A stretch of DNA of 63,544 nucleotides, the filler included, from Reclinomonas americana ATCC 50394 (Eukaryota): NCBI GenBank assembly GCA_048213135.1. It is 11 parts of 11 records of this genome, joined end to end, with 100 filler letters (N's around TTAATTAATTAA, not from the genome) between each part and the next. Parts side by side here need not be neighbours in the genome. Positions count along the whole stretch, not along the records: positions 10,625 to 16,008 come from AFZH01017889.1; positions 16,109 to 18,967 come from AFZH01017890.1; positions 19,068 to 22,489 come from AFZH01017891.1; positions 22,590 to 27,034 come from AFZH01017892.1; 7 more parts are not named here. The stretch is one strand, 5' to 3'. A model generated the notes under the pieces. The model made no database searches and was not told the origin of the DNA. It was given only the letters and a program-made list of their open reading frames with translations. The stretch's first letter is position 1, and the number at the start of each line of letters is the position of its first letter. Of this stretch, positions 12,119 to 25,329 are shown one piece after another. The position numbers and the translations under genes are program-made.

Positions 12119-13916
12119 CTAGTCATCATCGTCGTCGTCCACCACCACCACCACCTCTGGTGCCGCCGCTGTACCACTCTCCTGGCCATCGTGCCTTGCC
12201 CGTTTCTTGGGTGGCTCCTCCTCCACCGCCTCTGCCTTCTCCGTCTTGCTGTCCACTTCGTCTGTCGCCAGTGGGCGCTTGGAGCCTGCGGCCGGCGCCA
12301 AGAAACGCATCATTGGTCCGGCAGCAGTCGCTCGCTTCTGCGGCGATGGTTTTGCTGCTCGTGACTTGGCGGATGGACTGAGTGTCGTCGCAGGTGCAGC
12401 AGCAGCAGTCGTCGTAGTTGTGGTGGTGGTGGTGGACGAAGAGGAAGAGGAGGCGGTGGTCGCTGCCGTTTCAGCCAACGAAGATGCGCCCTCGCCTTTG
12501 CGGAAAAAGCTCGTCAAGTTGCTCTTTTGTGCCGGGAATTTCTTGGCCGCGGCACGCTCTAACCCAAGTCAGTTCGTGAGTAATCGCACGTCAACTCGCA
12601 CAAACACACAACACGACGCAACTCTTCGGGTCTCTGTTGAATTCAATCTCTTGCTGCCGCTGCTCGTCGCTCACCGGGGTCAGGCACTCGGGAACATCGT
12701 TGCGCGTGTTATTCACGGTGGTCGACACAGGATACCACGCCAGGCATGCATCCGATGGGCCTGTGGTGCTTTGTCAGCAAATCGATAGCACCGACACACG
12801 AGAGAACACGACACCACGCAACGCTGGTGAATCATGGTGGTGATCTGCTCAATTGGTGTGCGCGGGTCGATCCACCGCAGAATGTCGTCGTCGGTCTCCA
12901 GAATGAGCGGAATGCGATCGTGAATGAAGCGGAACGGCTGAATGGCGTCGGTGGTGATGATGCAAAAGGTGCGGATCTCGCTCCCTGCCGGCACCACATG
13001 GTGAGACTCACGAGGAGACTCTCTCTCATCTGCAACAACAACAACAACAACAAACCCTCACTGTCAGTCCACGTGTCATACAGGCCGGCCATGGCCAGGA
13101 GAGGTGCTGCCGAGCCTGCGTCGTCGTCCTCGGTTGATGCAGACGACGGCGGCAGTGGTCGGTGCACAAAGTACGGCAGTCGCGCGACCACAGTTTCTCC
13201 GTCGTACACCTTCAGCCACTCGTAGAACCTGCATCGCCGCAACATGTGAGTTGTGTCCATCGACGGCGAGCAGCGTCTTGTGTACACACACCCTTCGACG
13301 AGAACCACACATCGATTGCGCGGCACCAGGCGTTTGAACGAGCCCTTTTCCGTCACCGTCTCGGATCTGCATGCGAGTTCAGAGAATGCTGAGTAAGCAT
13401 CCTTGCCTCTCACAAACACGCACCGTGCATTGGCCATCTTCTGGCTCCACTCCGCCGCCTGCGATCCATTCCGAATGTGCGACGGCATGAGACCCCACTT
13501 CATCGAGTGCAGCACTGTGGCGGCGTACACCGAACAGAAGCATGAGCGCACGCAGGCAGCAAAAAGCACCACAGCAGAAGACAAAACAGAACAGACCGAG
13601 CTGCAGTTCGCCGTCATCGCTCGCCGGTGCCTCGGCGTACAACACGGGAAGAAACGTCTGCGGACCTATGTGTGTGTGGAGTGAGCAGTTGAAGGAGGTG
13701 GCGAAGTAGGCGGGCAGCGCAGCGGCAACTCTTGTTGAACCCGGGGCGGTACGAGTCTTGATCGCGCCACTCCCGCACCGATCGCGATCGGAACACGCGA
13801 CGACGGTACTCTGCGTGGTGGGGAAAGCGAAAAAGAAGTGAGTATGAGTGTGGCCAGTAGGCGCAAGAGAAGCACGCACCAGGGGCGGCAAGGGTCAGCG
13901 CTGTTCTCCCGCACAT
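12119..13916 (-). CDS. HMCES: SRAP-domain abasic-site processing protein (HMCES/YedK family)
   Basis: N-terminal MCGR (catalytic Cys2), MKWGL, NAR-SETV.EK.SFKRL...RCVVLVEG-FYEW, LAMAGLYDTW, FCIITT and IHDRIPLIL, followed by a low-complexity C-tail. Confidence 0.92.
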
Positions 13917-14239
13917 GTCGATGTCGATGTCGACGTGAATTTTCCCACTCACAATCACTCATGTTGCAGGTGCGTTCATCGCCTCCCCTTGTGTGTGCCG
14001 CCACTTCTTGCGCACGGCATTCGTCTTGCTCCTCCTTTTCACCATGTGCTTATCGTGTGGGGCGGTGTGTGTGTGTGTGTGCGTGCGCGGGCGGCATTTC
14101 TCACACGGTGTGAGAGTTTTTCGCAACCACAACACTGTATTCTCTCTCACACAGTGCGCAGTGCACTCACACACGCGCATTCGCTCTTGCCGTTTCCTCT
14201 TCCTCTCTCTCTCTCTCTCTCTGTCATTGTGCGCGGAGC

Positions 14240-15407
14240 TAGTGCGCATCATGTCGCGGATCTTACTGATTCCGCGGAGCAGGTTGGCTGGTCGGCGCTG
14301 CGCTCGCAGTTCAACGACTTTGCCTTGACGTCATGGCTCCCATTCAGCGCGCTCGTCGGCTCCTATGTGGTCTTCAATCTGCCTCTGATGCTGCTGGAGG
14401 CGTTTGATTGGGCTCCTCTGCGCAAGTACAAGATCCAGCAGGTAACGTCGCTCTCTCCTTCTCTCTCACTCACTGTTTGACACTCACGATTGCTCTGCTG
14501 CAGTCATACCGCAACGATAACAGTGTGACGTGGGCGTGCGTCAAGCAGCTCGCCTTCAACTACTTTGTGATTATGCTGCCGTTGATCATCCTGTCGTGCC
14601 CGCTGTTCACGGTGTTGTTCCCGATGGACGAGGTGCTGCCGTCGTGGTGGGCTGTTGCGTACTTTCACCCTCGCCCTCTGCCCTCCCTTGTCTTCCTGCT
14701 GATCGCCATGCGCATATTCCAGATACTGGTGCAGATTGCGGCGTGCATGGTGATTGAGGACACGGTGCACTTCTGGTTCCACTGGCTGTTGCACACCGAG
14801 TGGCTGTACCGCAAGGTGCACAGTGTGCACCACGAGTTCACGGCGCCGTATGGAATCTCTGCCTCGTATGCGCACCCGTTGGAGGTGTTGGTGCTCGGCA
14901 TGGCCACCTTTGCCGGTCCCATTATCATCCGACCACACATTGTGGTGTTCCTGCTGTGGGTCAACGTGCGACAGGTGGGGCGCTCTCTCCCGTTTCGCGC
15001 TTGTGATGTGGGTGAGCCTCACATTGTGCACGCAACAGCTGCTGGCGGTGGAGACGCACTGCGGCTACGACTTCCCCTGGTCACCCAACAATGTGCTGCC
15101 GGGCTGGTTCGGTGGCGCCGACTTCCACGACTACCACCATCGCACCTACAAGGGCGCCTACTCGTCCACCTTTGTGTGGTGGGACGAGTTTATGGGCACT
15201 GGTGAGGCAGGCACACACACAGTATCTTTCACTTTCCTTCTCTCAACGTCGCATGCAGACAACGGCTACCTGTCGTACAAGTACAAGGCCCTGCAGGAGG
15301 GCAAGCACGTCAACAGCGGCGGCTACAAGGTGGGTGTCGGGCAGGCCGGCACCACCACCTCATTCGCGAGCGGATTCAAGGCCAACCCCAAGGCCAAGCA
15401 ATCATAG
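14240..15407 (+). CDS. Sterol C4-methyl oxidase (ERG25/SMO)-like, fatty acid hydroxylase superfamily; copy A
   Basis: KYKIQ and three His boxes (HWLLH, HSVHHEF, FHDYHH), plus YAHPLE, HCGYDFPWSP and YSSTFVWWDEFMGT. Start codon not securely located. Confidence 0.88.
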
Positions 15408-15525
15408 GCGTGTTTTTCCAGTGAGAGACGGTGTGTTGGCGTGCGCTGCACGACTCGTGGTGCGGCGTCATTTTTTGTGTAAAGCTCGACGAGACTGTTT
15501 TAGAAAGCAGCAACGGCGTCTATAT

Positions 15526-16837
15526 TCATTCGTCGGCGGAGGCATCATCGGATCCACTGTCTCCGTCGGCCGCATCGGCGGCGGCACTACCCGAGACTGT
15601 CGCTCCTCCCTCGTCGTCACCCCTGCGCTTCCGCAGAGGAATGACATCGAGAATGGCCTGTCTCCACGAGCCGTGATCTGCATTACGCCAGTCAGTGGCA
15701 AGCACGAGAAGCAGCTACGCGTGTGTATCGCACGAAACTATGATAATGCAAGAGGATGCTGCAGACTTGATTGCAGGTGATGACGGTCGACGCCTTCAAC
15801 GTCACGTGGTCGACAATGGGTAATCTGGCCGTGTGCAATCGTTTCCGTTGTGCCAACTGCAACGCAGGAATTAGTCCGGGGCTTCGTGCCACCGTCTGCG
15901 ATCAGCAGCAGCACACTGCTCACCTGATGCGTGTGGTCGAGGTACCGATTGCGATCGACGAGGCCACCAATCACGAGAATGCGTGGTGGCGTCAGTGCGA
16001 GAAAGCCANNNNNNNNNNNNNNNNNNNNNNNNNNNNNNNNNNNNNNNNNNNNTTAATTAATTAANNNNNNNNNNNNNNNNNNNNNNNNNNNNNNNNNNNN
16101 NNNNNNNNCGCGCGCACTCGACAGTCAGCTACGACGGGAAGCATGCCACAAAGACGAAACGCAGCGACGCCTCAACATTATGCGAGCACGTGGTCAGCGT
16201 GGACAGCCAGTGCTGCATGACGGGCGACACACTGCATGCAATCAGCGACAGTGGCCGCGGTCCACGCGCCAGCGTCCCGTACGCCGAGCCCAGCTGTGCC
16301 ACCAGACTGCGAATCTCCTTCTCCGTCATCATGTCGTCTGCCGTGCACGCGAGTCACAAAAGACAGTTGCGCAGCACTGCACTGCACTCACTACTCACTC
16401 ACCAAACGAGCAGTCCCACGCGACAATCGGTGCCGCCAGGCTCTTCATGTACTCCAGTCGATCGAGACGCATAGACTCCGCCTCAATGTTGAGCAAGCGC
16501 GTCAGTCGCTGACCAGCATACATGCGTCGCTGGTCCTCTTTGATGTGCGTGTGGGCGGTGTCAGTCACCGAAACAAGAGAAAAATGCAACACTCGATGCA
16601 CGCACCCTCACTCATGAGCGCCAATGCCTGTCGTGAAAGCTCCTTCTCGTGCGCCCTCTTCTCCTTTCGACGATCGCGTTCCTCCTTGCGTTTCACTGCA
16701 AATGTCTCGCGTTGACGAGCTGCGCGTGCGGCCTTCTTCTCGGCCTTGGTCAGACGACGAGCAGTCGCTGGTGGTGCATCCTCTCCACTGACTGCAGCAG
16801 CAGCAGAGGGAGCAGCAGCTGAGGACTCGTCGCTCAT
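15526..16837 (-). CDS. TRM10: tRNA m1G9 methyltransferase (Trm10), spanning a gap
   Basis: Basic coiled N-terminus, DCSF..MTEKEIRSLVAQL..AY, IGGLVDRNR, TARLPI, VITCNQV and W..AILDVIP.RK. Confidence 0.9.
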
Positions 16838-16963
16838 TGATCTATTGAAAGATGTGGGGACGGGACGGAAGTACAACACCGTGAAGTTCTTAGTTTACGC
16901 TCCCCCCCACCACCACCTCTCTCCAAACTTAGAGGGAAACCTACACTTCCCCTCGCACTATTA

Positions 16964-18967
16964 TTAGTCAAAGCCGCCACCACCACCACCGCCGCCGCCG
17001 CCACCGCAGCTTCCGTGATCGCTGTTGCCGCAGCTGTCGTCGACAATGCGATGGTGTGATGCGCCACCGCCGCTGCCACCAATGGTGTTTGGTGTGCGTG
17101 GTGGGCCCGAGACGGCCGCCGCAGCCTTGCGGTTGGCCTTGCCCAGGATACGCGACGACTTGTGCAGCTGCTCGATGCCTTCCGGATCGCCCGACGACGC
17201 CACCGACGAGCACTTCCCGAGCGACGTTGGTGTGTCGGAACGGTGCGACATTGGTGCCTCGGAGAACACGGCACCACCACCACCAATCGATGCGCCAACT
17301 GTTGTTGCAGCTGCGCCACCGTCGGCGCGTGCGTGTGCCAGTGCGTCTGCGGCGGAGCGGAATCCTGGCGTGACGGCACCACCGCCGGCCTCCTCGCCAT
17401 CTTCGTCGCCGTCGCCAACGCCACCCAGCACGCTGCCGGGTCTCAGCCACGGATCCTCCTCCTCAATGTCACGGTTGGTGCGCGGCGCAAAGGCCACACT
17501 GTATTGCGCCTCCAGCACTCCATCGAGCCAATTCTGCACGAGAGAGCGATGAGTAAAAGAGAGAAAGAGTGTGTGTGAGAGAAAACAGACGCACCCTGCA
17601 GCTGGAGAATCGCAGTTTCTCGGGCATCACCGAGGCTGGCACAGTCACGCGAACAACAAAGCGACCGGGGTTGACGGCAAACTCTGCTGGCACAATGCTC
17701 GCCACGCTGTCCCTTCTCTTTGATGCACAGTACCGTCCGTGGTCGTCCAACATTAATGAGCGCAGCTGTGTCGTGGCGCAATAGTGAGCAGCCGACAAGA
17801 GGAAGACCACCCCACAAGACACCCATGCAACACTCACCTGTTTGCTCGACTGCGACGCGTACTCGTCGCCGCACCCGTCCTGCTCCTCGGCCTCCTCATT
17901 ACGCGTGACACCCTTCAGGCCGTCGCGAAGAATGACCAACGTCTTCCTTCCGTACGACTGCGCACTCCTGCCCGACATGGCAGACGGCGTGTCGGCACCA
18001 GTCGATGCACTGTACGTATTGTGTAAGTCGGCGACAACATGCTACTGCTGGCAGTTCACGGCAACGCAACGTGGCAATCTCCTCCGTGTAGGCTCTCCGG
18101 TGTCCGCGAATGGGTGGCAGGCGCTTCTTCGAATCGTCGGGAGTGGCGGCCAAGCGGGCACTGCCGCTGGCCGCCAAGAAGAACGGCACGTCGCCGAGTG
18201 CCGGTGGCTCACCCCACTCAATCGCATCCGGCACCGGCAGCTTGTCGCGGGCCCAGCGATTGCGCGCCGACAGCACCTTCATCAGGTCGCTGCCCTTGCA
18301 TCGCCACGACGGAAGTCCGTTAAAGTTGCGCGGCGACGCCGGCGCCGCCACAGCCTCAATCATACTGTGCGACGACGCGCCCGCATCGACATCGTAGTCG
18401 GTCGAGTCGCCGGCATCGCAGTCCAGCAGGTCGTCCGACAAGTCGCTCGTCGACTGATCGTCGCGCGACAGCCGCCGAGCATTCTGCGGTGGCGATCCAC
18501 CAGGTGCCAGCGTCGCACCTCCACTGGCGCCGACAGCGTTCAGTGGGGGTGCGAAGCGGCTCTTCTGTCGCTCCGCCGCAAACAGGTTTGACGAGTCGCG
18601 CCGTGTCAGGTACGACAGACCGACACGATGTGCGCGCCCGGCGACCGCATTGGCAATAGATCCGCGGAAGGCTCCGTTGCCGCCAATGGCCACGGTGCCG
18701 CCGGCGGGCGCCAACTGCGGCTGATTCAACAGCAGCTTCTTCAGCTGATCGTGATCGACGGCGACCGGCACCGGCGCCACCGACGGCATGGTCGGCGGCG
18801 ACACAACAGCCACCGTGGCCAGCGTGGCAGCCGCCGCCGTCGGTGGCGATGTCGCGGCCGCCGACGCCAACGCCGGAATCACTCGTGACGGAGGCCGATT
18901 GCGTCCACCAGCCGCCGGCTGCCGCGGCGACTGAGCCACCGATCCGTGACCACCGCCGGTGGAGGGC
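16964..18967 (-). CDS. Hypothetical protein, 5' end in gap
   Basis: A long open exon (~18020-18967) and further GT-AG-bounded exons end GGGGGGFD*. Ala/Pro/Ser-rich, with no motif recognised. Confidence 0.55.
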
Positions 18968-19573
18968 NNNNNNNNNNNNNNNNNNNNNNNNNNNNNNNNN
19001 NNNNNNNNNNNTTAATTAATTAANNNNNNNNNNNNNNNNNNNNNNNNNNNNNNNNNNNNNNNNNNNNTCGGGTTATGCGCGGCCGCCGATCGGCCATGGT
19101 CCCCAACGAAAAAGCTACACTGCTCGACAACACATGAACAAACGACGATACTGACACACGGCGTAATAAAAAGAGCTACACCAACCTTTCAACGAGATGC
19201 TGACTTGCTTGTTGATGCTTCCGCAGCGTGTGTGTGTCCAATCAATCAATGTCACACGCCCACCCACTAACACACAAATTAACGACGTGCACTGTGTCTA
19301 CGCTCTCACGTCTGCGATTACTCTGTAACTTTTTTGCGGTTCCTCCAGTGAGAAACCGCAAAAAACTCGAAAACCGCTCATTGATCATACACACACTCTC
19401 CACTGCCATCTCGCACACTCTCTCATTCTCTCTCTCTCTCTTCTGAGCGTGCGTGTGTGTGCACGGCCTTCGCGACAGGAACGGCACGCGGTCACGAGAG
19501 GCCACGAGAATCCACCATTCCGCCCCGACCGACGGAGCAAGATACTGGTGATTGATTGTGATTGCAACACAGA

Positions 19574-22407
19574 ATGGCAGACGTTGCTGCCAGCGACAAT
19601 GTGGTGGTGATTGCTGTGAGCGTGGTCGTTGGCCTGCTCTTTGGACTGTGGTTCCTCTTTAATCGCTTCCGGTGAGCGCCTTGTTTTTTCTTTGTTTTTG
19701 TGTGTGCAGATGTGCACATTCACACACACTTCGCTCCAACGCAAAACTCACCTTCTCTCTCTCCCATTGTCTTCTCTCTTTCTCCCATGGTGTGTGTGTG
19801 TGTACAGTGGTGGCAGCTCGTCGACAGCAGGCGGCTCTGGCACCAAGCAGGCGAGTTCTGCGCACAGCTCGTTGCCAGCAGATGCGCCCTCATTGCCCGT
19901 GTTGTACGGGACGCAGGTGTGTGTGTGTGCACAACCCTCAGTGTGTATGAGGGGAGAGAGGGAGAGGGAGAGAGGAGAAGAGAGAAAGAGAGAGAGCAAG
20001 AACAGATAGTGCATCTCTGTGACACGATCATCTCCGCTGTGGTGAACGAGCGCCCGTGTTGCCCGTGTTGTGCGGGACGCACGTGCGTGTGTGCACAAGC
20101 CTCAGTGTGTGAGAGAGAGAGAGGGGGGGAGACAGAGTGAGAAGATTAAGCATGAACAGTCAGTGTATCTCTGTCTGTGAAAAGATCATCTCCGCTGTGA
20201 TGAAATGAGCACCCTCGTTGCCCGTGTTGCACGGGACGCAAGTGTGTTTGCATGCGCAAGCTTCAGTATGCATGTGTGTGTGAGAGAGAGAGCAAGTAGA
20301 GAGAGCGCATCTCTGTGTGAGAAGATCATCTCCGCTGTGGTGTGAGTCATGACACGTGTTTTTGCACGCACAGTTCGGCACTGCGCAGCGATTTGCCGAG
20401 GCGCTGGCTCGTGAGGGCCGCAAGAACATGTTTGCGGCGCAGGCGGTGGATCTGGCCGAGTACCCGACCGGCTCGTTGTGTGACGAGAAGCAAGTGGTGC
20501 TGGTGATGGCGTCGTATGGCGAGGGTGAGCCGACGGACAATGCGCGCGACTTTTACTCGTGGCTCTTTAGCGACCAAGTCGGGTCGCTGGCCGGTCTCAA
20601 GTACACGCTCTTCTCGCTCGGTGACTCCACGTACAAGCATTTCCACCAGGTCGGTCGCTTGGTGGATCAGCGCCTGCAGCAGCTTGGCGCGCAGTGCATG
20701 TTTGCGCGTGGCGAAGGCGATGCGCATGTGGGGTGCGTGTGGATTGTCGTCTCTTGTGTCGCGCATCCCCACCTGCTCACTGTCTCTCTCTCTTCTGTAG
20801 GCTGGAGGACGATTTCGTGGAGTGGTGTGCGCGAATGTGGCCTGCGTTGTGCCAGCAGTTTGGCACCACATTCACACCTCCCGACGACTTGTTGCGTCCT
20901 CCTGCTTCTTTTTTGCGCTCGTCTTCGAGAACCGACAAAGAGTTGTGCAGGAAACCACTGTACACGATTCGCGAGCTGGAGGAGGAGAACGCCAATGTGC
21001 GCGTGTTCCCCTTCTCCGAGAGCTTCACCTCCAAGTTCCCGTACTGGGGCCGCGTGTTGGCCAACCGCGAGCTGCTGCACACCACCGACGGGCGGTCGAC
21101 GGTGCACGTGGAGATTGAGTCGCCCGGCGTCAACATGCGTTACCAGGCCGGCGACCACCTCGGTGTGGTGCCGGCCAACGAGGACGAACTGGTTGAGCTG
21201 TATGCGCGTCGTCTGGGCGTGGCCGACAAGCTCGATCGCATCGTCATGGTGGACCGTGTGGAAGGTGTGTGCGCAGGGAAGGGAAAAAGGGATGCACGAG
21301 TTGACGCTCACTCCTTTTTTTCTCTGCCGGCAGAGGACCTCAAGAACCTGTTCCCCGTGCGACGCACGACCTACCGCCAGATTCTCAAGTGGTACCTCGA
21401 TCTCACTGGTGTCGCCAAGAAGGAGCTGCTGAATGTGTTGGCGCACTACACGACGGACGAGCGAGAGAAGACAACGCTGCAGCTGTGGGGCTCGACCACG
21501 GAGGAGGGCAAGGTGAGTGTCCCTTCAAAAGTGCTCTCTCCGCATTTTGTTGCTGACGCAAGGGCGGGCTCAGGCGGCATACGATCATCACGTCAAGCGA
21601 CAGTACAAGATCCTGCTGGAGATTCTGCACGACTTCCCTCACGTGAAGCCGGACCTGGGTCACCTGTTCCAGGTGATGCCGAAGCAGCTGCCGCGCTACT
21701 ACTCGATCGGTTCCGACTACGCGGTGGACACGTGGTCGAACCGCATCCAGATGACGGTGGCCGTGGTGAAGCACGTGTCGCCGACGGGCCGCGTCGCCAA
21801 CGGCGTGACGTCGTCGTTCTTGCAGAGACTGAAGCCGACGGTCGACGAGGTGCCGATCTTTGTGAGGAAGAGCACCTTCCACCTGCCCAAGGATCCGTCG
21901 GTGCCGGTGGTGATGATTGGGCCGGGCACGGGTCTGGCGCCGTTTATGGGATTCCTGGCGCGGAGGCAGCATGATGTTAACAAGGGTGAGGGGGGTAGAG
22001 AGGGGAAGAAAGGGGAAGGGGGGAAGAGAGGGGAAAGGGGGTGAAGGGGGAGGGGGGAGAGAGGGGAGGGGAGAGGGAGGTTGAATTAGGGGGAAGAGAG
22101 GGGAAAGAGGTGAGTGAAAGAGTCCTACAGAGGGGACACACCGAGATGAATGTTGTAGGGGCGCAAAGTCATTTTCCTGCTTTGGTGTCTGTTTGTCTCC
22201 TATTATCGTATTAGTATAGAAGGCATGTATGTGATCGTCGGTAGCTGTTCATTGTTGTGCCTTGTGTCGGAATTTGTTCTCAACATCTACAGCCCTTGAA
22301 CAATGTTAGTTGCAATAGAAACAAGAGACCTGTTGGTGATTACTGGTAGCTGAGCTGAAGGAGAAGAGCGCACAGGAAACTTGCTGGTGAACACTGGTTG
22401 CACTTCG

Positions 22408-22452
<45 letters not shown>

Positions 22453-23513
22453 GTAGGGCTTTGTATTCCACATCGACAATCGAAATGCANNNNNNNNNNN
22501 NNNNNNNNNNNNNNNNNNNNNNNNNNNNNNNNNTTAATTAATTAANNNNNNNNNNNNNNNNNNNNNNNNNNNNNNNNNNNNNNNNNNNNCGTGAGAGTTG
22601 TTGTGATCGCTGGTTACTGTTCGTTGTGTGTGACTTAGTTGTGTGTGTCGAGGTTTGTTCTCGACATCGGCAACCGTCTAATAATTGTTAGTTTGTGAGT
22701 GTTGGTGATCAGTGGTTGCTGTTCATCGTTGTGGACATCCTTTGAACAGTTTGAGTTGAAGAAGAAGAAGGAGAGCACACGAGACTTGCTGGTGGTTGCT
22801 GGTAGCATGTCGTTGTTGTGTAGGAGTCGTTGTGTTCTGTGTAGGGATTTGACAATTCACTAAACAGTTGGAGGTGAAGAAGAGCACTTGAGACTTGTTG
22901 GTTGGCCTGGTGTCTGTGTCTTTTTGATTTGTGCTTTATCCTCACGTCGTCAAGCCTTGAACTGTTTGAGTTGAGGAAGGAGAGCACACGAGATTTGTTA
23001 GCGGTCACTGGTTGAACTTCGTTGTTGTGCAGAATCGTTTTCCTCACTCTTTTTTCCTGGCCCACAGGCGAACCTGTCGGCCCTGGCACCCTCTTCTTTG
23101 GCTGCCGCAAATCTGCGGAAGACTACCTGTACCGGGAGGAGATTGAGAACTACAAGCGCAACGGAGCCATCACCAACCTGTTTGTGGCCTTCTCGCGCGA
23201 GCAGCAATCCAAGGTCTACGTGCAGGATCTCATGTTGCAGAACGGTCATGTGATCATGGAGGCTCTCGACAACAATGGCTACATTTATGTGTGCGGGTGA
23301 GTGCATCATTCTGCAATAGTCACACGGCCTGTTTGTTGTCGCCTGACGCGCTTGTCGACTGTTAGTGATGCTCGCCACATGGCCGTGGACGTGGAGAACA
23401 CACTGATCCGGATTGTTTCCGAGTCACGGCATGTGTCACCGGCTGAGGCGCAGGAGTTCTTGGAGGGACTCACCGGCAAGCGGTACCTGCGAGATGTGTG
23501 GTCGCCCAGCTGA
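19574..23513 (+). CDS. POR: NADPH-cytochrome P450 reductase (diflavin reductase with N-terminal membrane anchor)
   Basis: TM anchor VVVIAVSVVVGLLFGLWFLF. FMN loop LYGTQFGTA, ASYGEGEPTDNA, LGDSTYKHF, YQAGDHLGV, PRYYSI, VMIGPGTGLAPFMGF, LFFGCR, AFSR..KVYVQD, YIYVCGD and RYLRDVWS. Confidence 0.93.
19884..20345. repeat. Degenerate tandem ~140-165 bp duplications of the CPR exon-2 end plus intron
   Basis: ttgcccgtgttg..cgggacgca.gtg occurs at ~19893, ~20059 and ~20218. gatcatctccgctgtg occurs at ~20026, ~20184 and ~20324. Confidence 0.85.
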
Positions 23514-24214
23514 GAGTTGGGGGGGAGAGAGAGGAGGGGGGGGATGACGATAGACATTGTTTTTGTGGAGTGGGGAGAGAGGACGGCAATGTGTATACTT
23601 TTGTTGCGGGCTGCGGGATTAAAAGAAGGAGAGCAGCTTTTTATTCGTCACACACGGAACGTCGGCGTCCGCCTACAAAGACTGTCCCACCACATTTTTT
23701 GCGCGAACCCAGAGAGCGAACGTTACTCGACTTTCACCTCCATCTCCACCGCTGACCACCACCTACCACTACCACCACCCCCAACCCCCAACAACCACCG
23801 CATCATGGACACACAGTTGAGTGGCTTATTTTTGTTTGTTGGTGCGGGAGATTCCCCCGCGCCATGTTTCACTTTTTATTACTGCTCCGTTATTTTCCAT
23901 ACGTTTCCTGTTGTCTGTCCCCTGTGCTTTTCTTGCTCTCTCTCCCTCTCCCTTCCTCTCGCCTCTCTTCTCCCCCTCCTCACGTGGAGTATTTATAGCC
24001 GAGTTCTCGCAATCGCTTTTCACATGTTCTAGAGTTGTCTTTGTGTTTGTTTTCGCTCTCCTTTCTTTTTCCCTCTGTCTCACTCTCGCGCACCAACACA
24101 CACACTCTCTGTTCCTTGGGTGTTGGGGGGTCGTTGCATTCGTGTCCCGTTGGTGCAAGATGGTCAGCCATCTCACTCACATTTTTTGCCTTCCCCTTCC
24201 ACAGACTGATTAAC

Positions 24215-24709
24215 ATGTTCACGGGAGGCGTACAGCTGCTGTACATGATCCCAGATGGCGAGGACACGCAGACGGTGTTTGTCAAGTTCGCACTCGTCTG
24301 GAACGACCTCCGCCTTCATGTGCATGGGAGCGAGTGCAGCTCGCGGCATGCGTTCCTGCGCCAGTCACCTGACGGCGATGGGACGTACGAGCTATATTCC
24401 GGAGTGCCCGACGTGAACGTCAAGTTCTACGTCTATGGCCCGGATGGCCGTTCGTACGTGGTGGAGTGCAAGGCTACCTGCGCGGACGCGCCGCCGCCGC
24501 CGCCGCCGCCGGTGGACTACCCGCAGTTTGTGGTGCCGCCGCCGGTCATGGTCGTGGCACCGCCTATGATTGACGTGCCACCGCCGCCACCGTTGGTTGA
24601 CATGGCGCCGCCAGCGATTGGGGCGTACCTCGATTTCGCGGCCTTCAGGGCTCATGATTACTACGTCTTCGCAGACGATAATGCGTTGTTCCCTGATGAT
24701 GAGGCCTGA
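24215..24709 (+). CDS. Hypothetical protein with a beta-rich N-terminal domain and Pro-rich tail
   Basis: GC3-rich open frame just after a pyrimidine tract and CAG acceptor. It may have an upstream exon near 23805. Confidence 0.55.
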   Translation: MFTGGVQLLYMIPDGEDTQTVFVKFALVWNDLRLHVHGSECSSRHAFLRQSPDGDGTYELYSGVPDVNVKFYVYGPDGRSYVVECKATCADAPPPPPPPVDYPQFVVPPPVMVVAPPMIDVPPPPPLVDMAPPAIGAYLDFAAFRAHDYYVFADDNALFPDDEA

Positions 24710-25329
24710 GAGCCTCCAGGCTCATTCAAGCGGTTGTCATTATGGCAGTTCGACAGACCCTCTTCACAGGGAAGTCTGTGGCTGTCATTGACGCCGCTGG
24801 TGTTTTTGTAAGCCGTGACTTAGATGTCGCCTTACTCTTCTTTGTTTTTCTTCTCTTCTCTCGTACTTTGTGTGGTGCTCGTTCCTCTGCCGGCTTTACC
24901 GCCACTTCTCCCTCTGCTCTCACATCCTCTTCTGGGTCGTTTTTGATAACGAACTCTCTCCACTCTCATGGGCCTCTCGAACTTGTCTGTGGCGCTTTCC
25001 AGGACCGACCCTTTTTTGTTGATATGGGTCCCTCCTGGTAGCGCACAGCCGAGTTGTACGAGCTGGTTTTCATGAGAAGTGCAGGGGTTCATTTGTTGAC
25101 CCGTTGTTGGTGTGGTGGCTGAGCGACCTAGTGGCGGGGCTGTGCACCGGAACTTGTAATTGTTGGTTTCGTGCGCGTGTGTGTGCCTCCAATGTATGAC
25201 TTGAAGAAATCATTTTCTGTTGAGCCGTGGCTGACAGGGAAAAAAGGAAGGGCACCTACACTCGCAACACTTTAAAACCATCCATCCATCTATCTAAAAT
25301 TCCTAAACAAATCGCCGCCCTCCTTCCAC

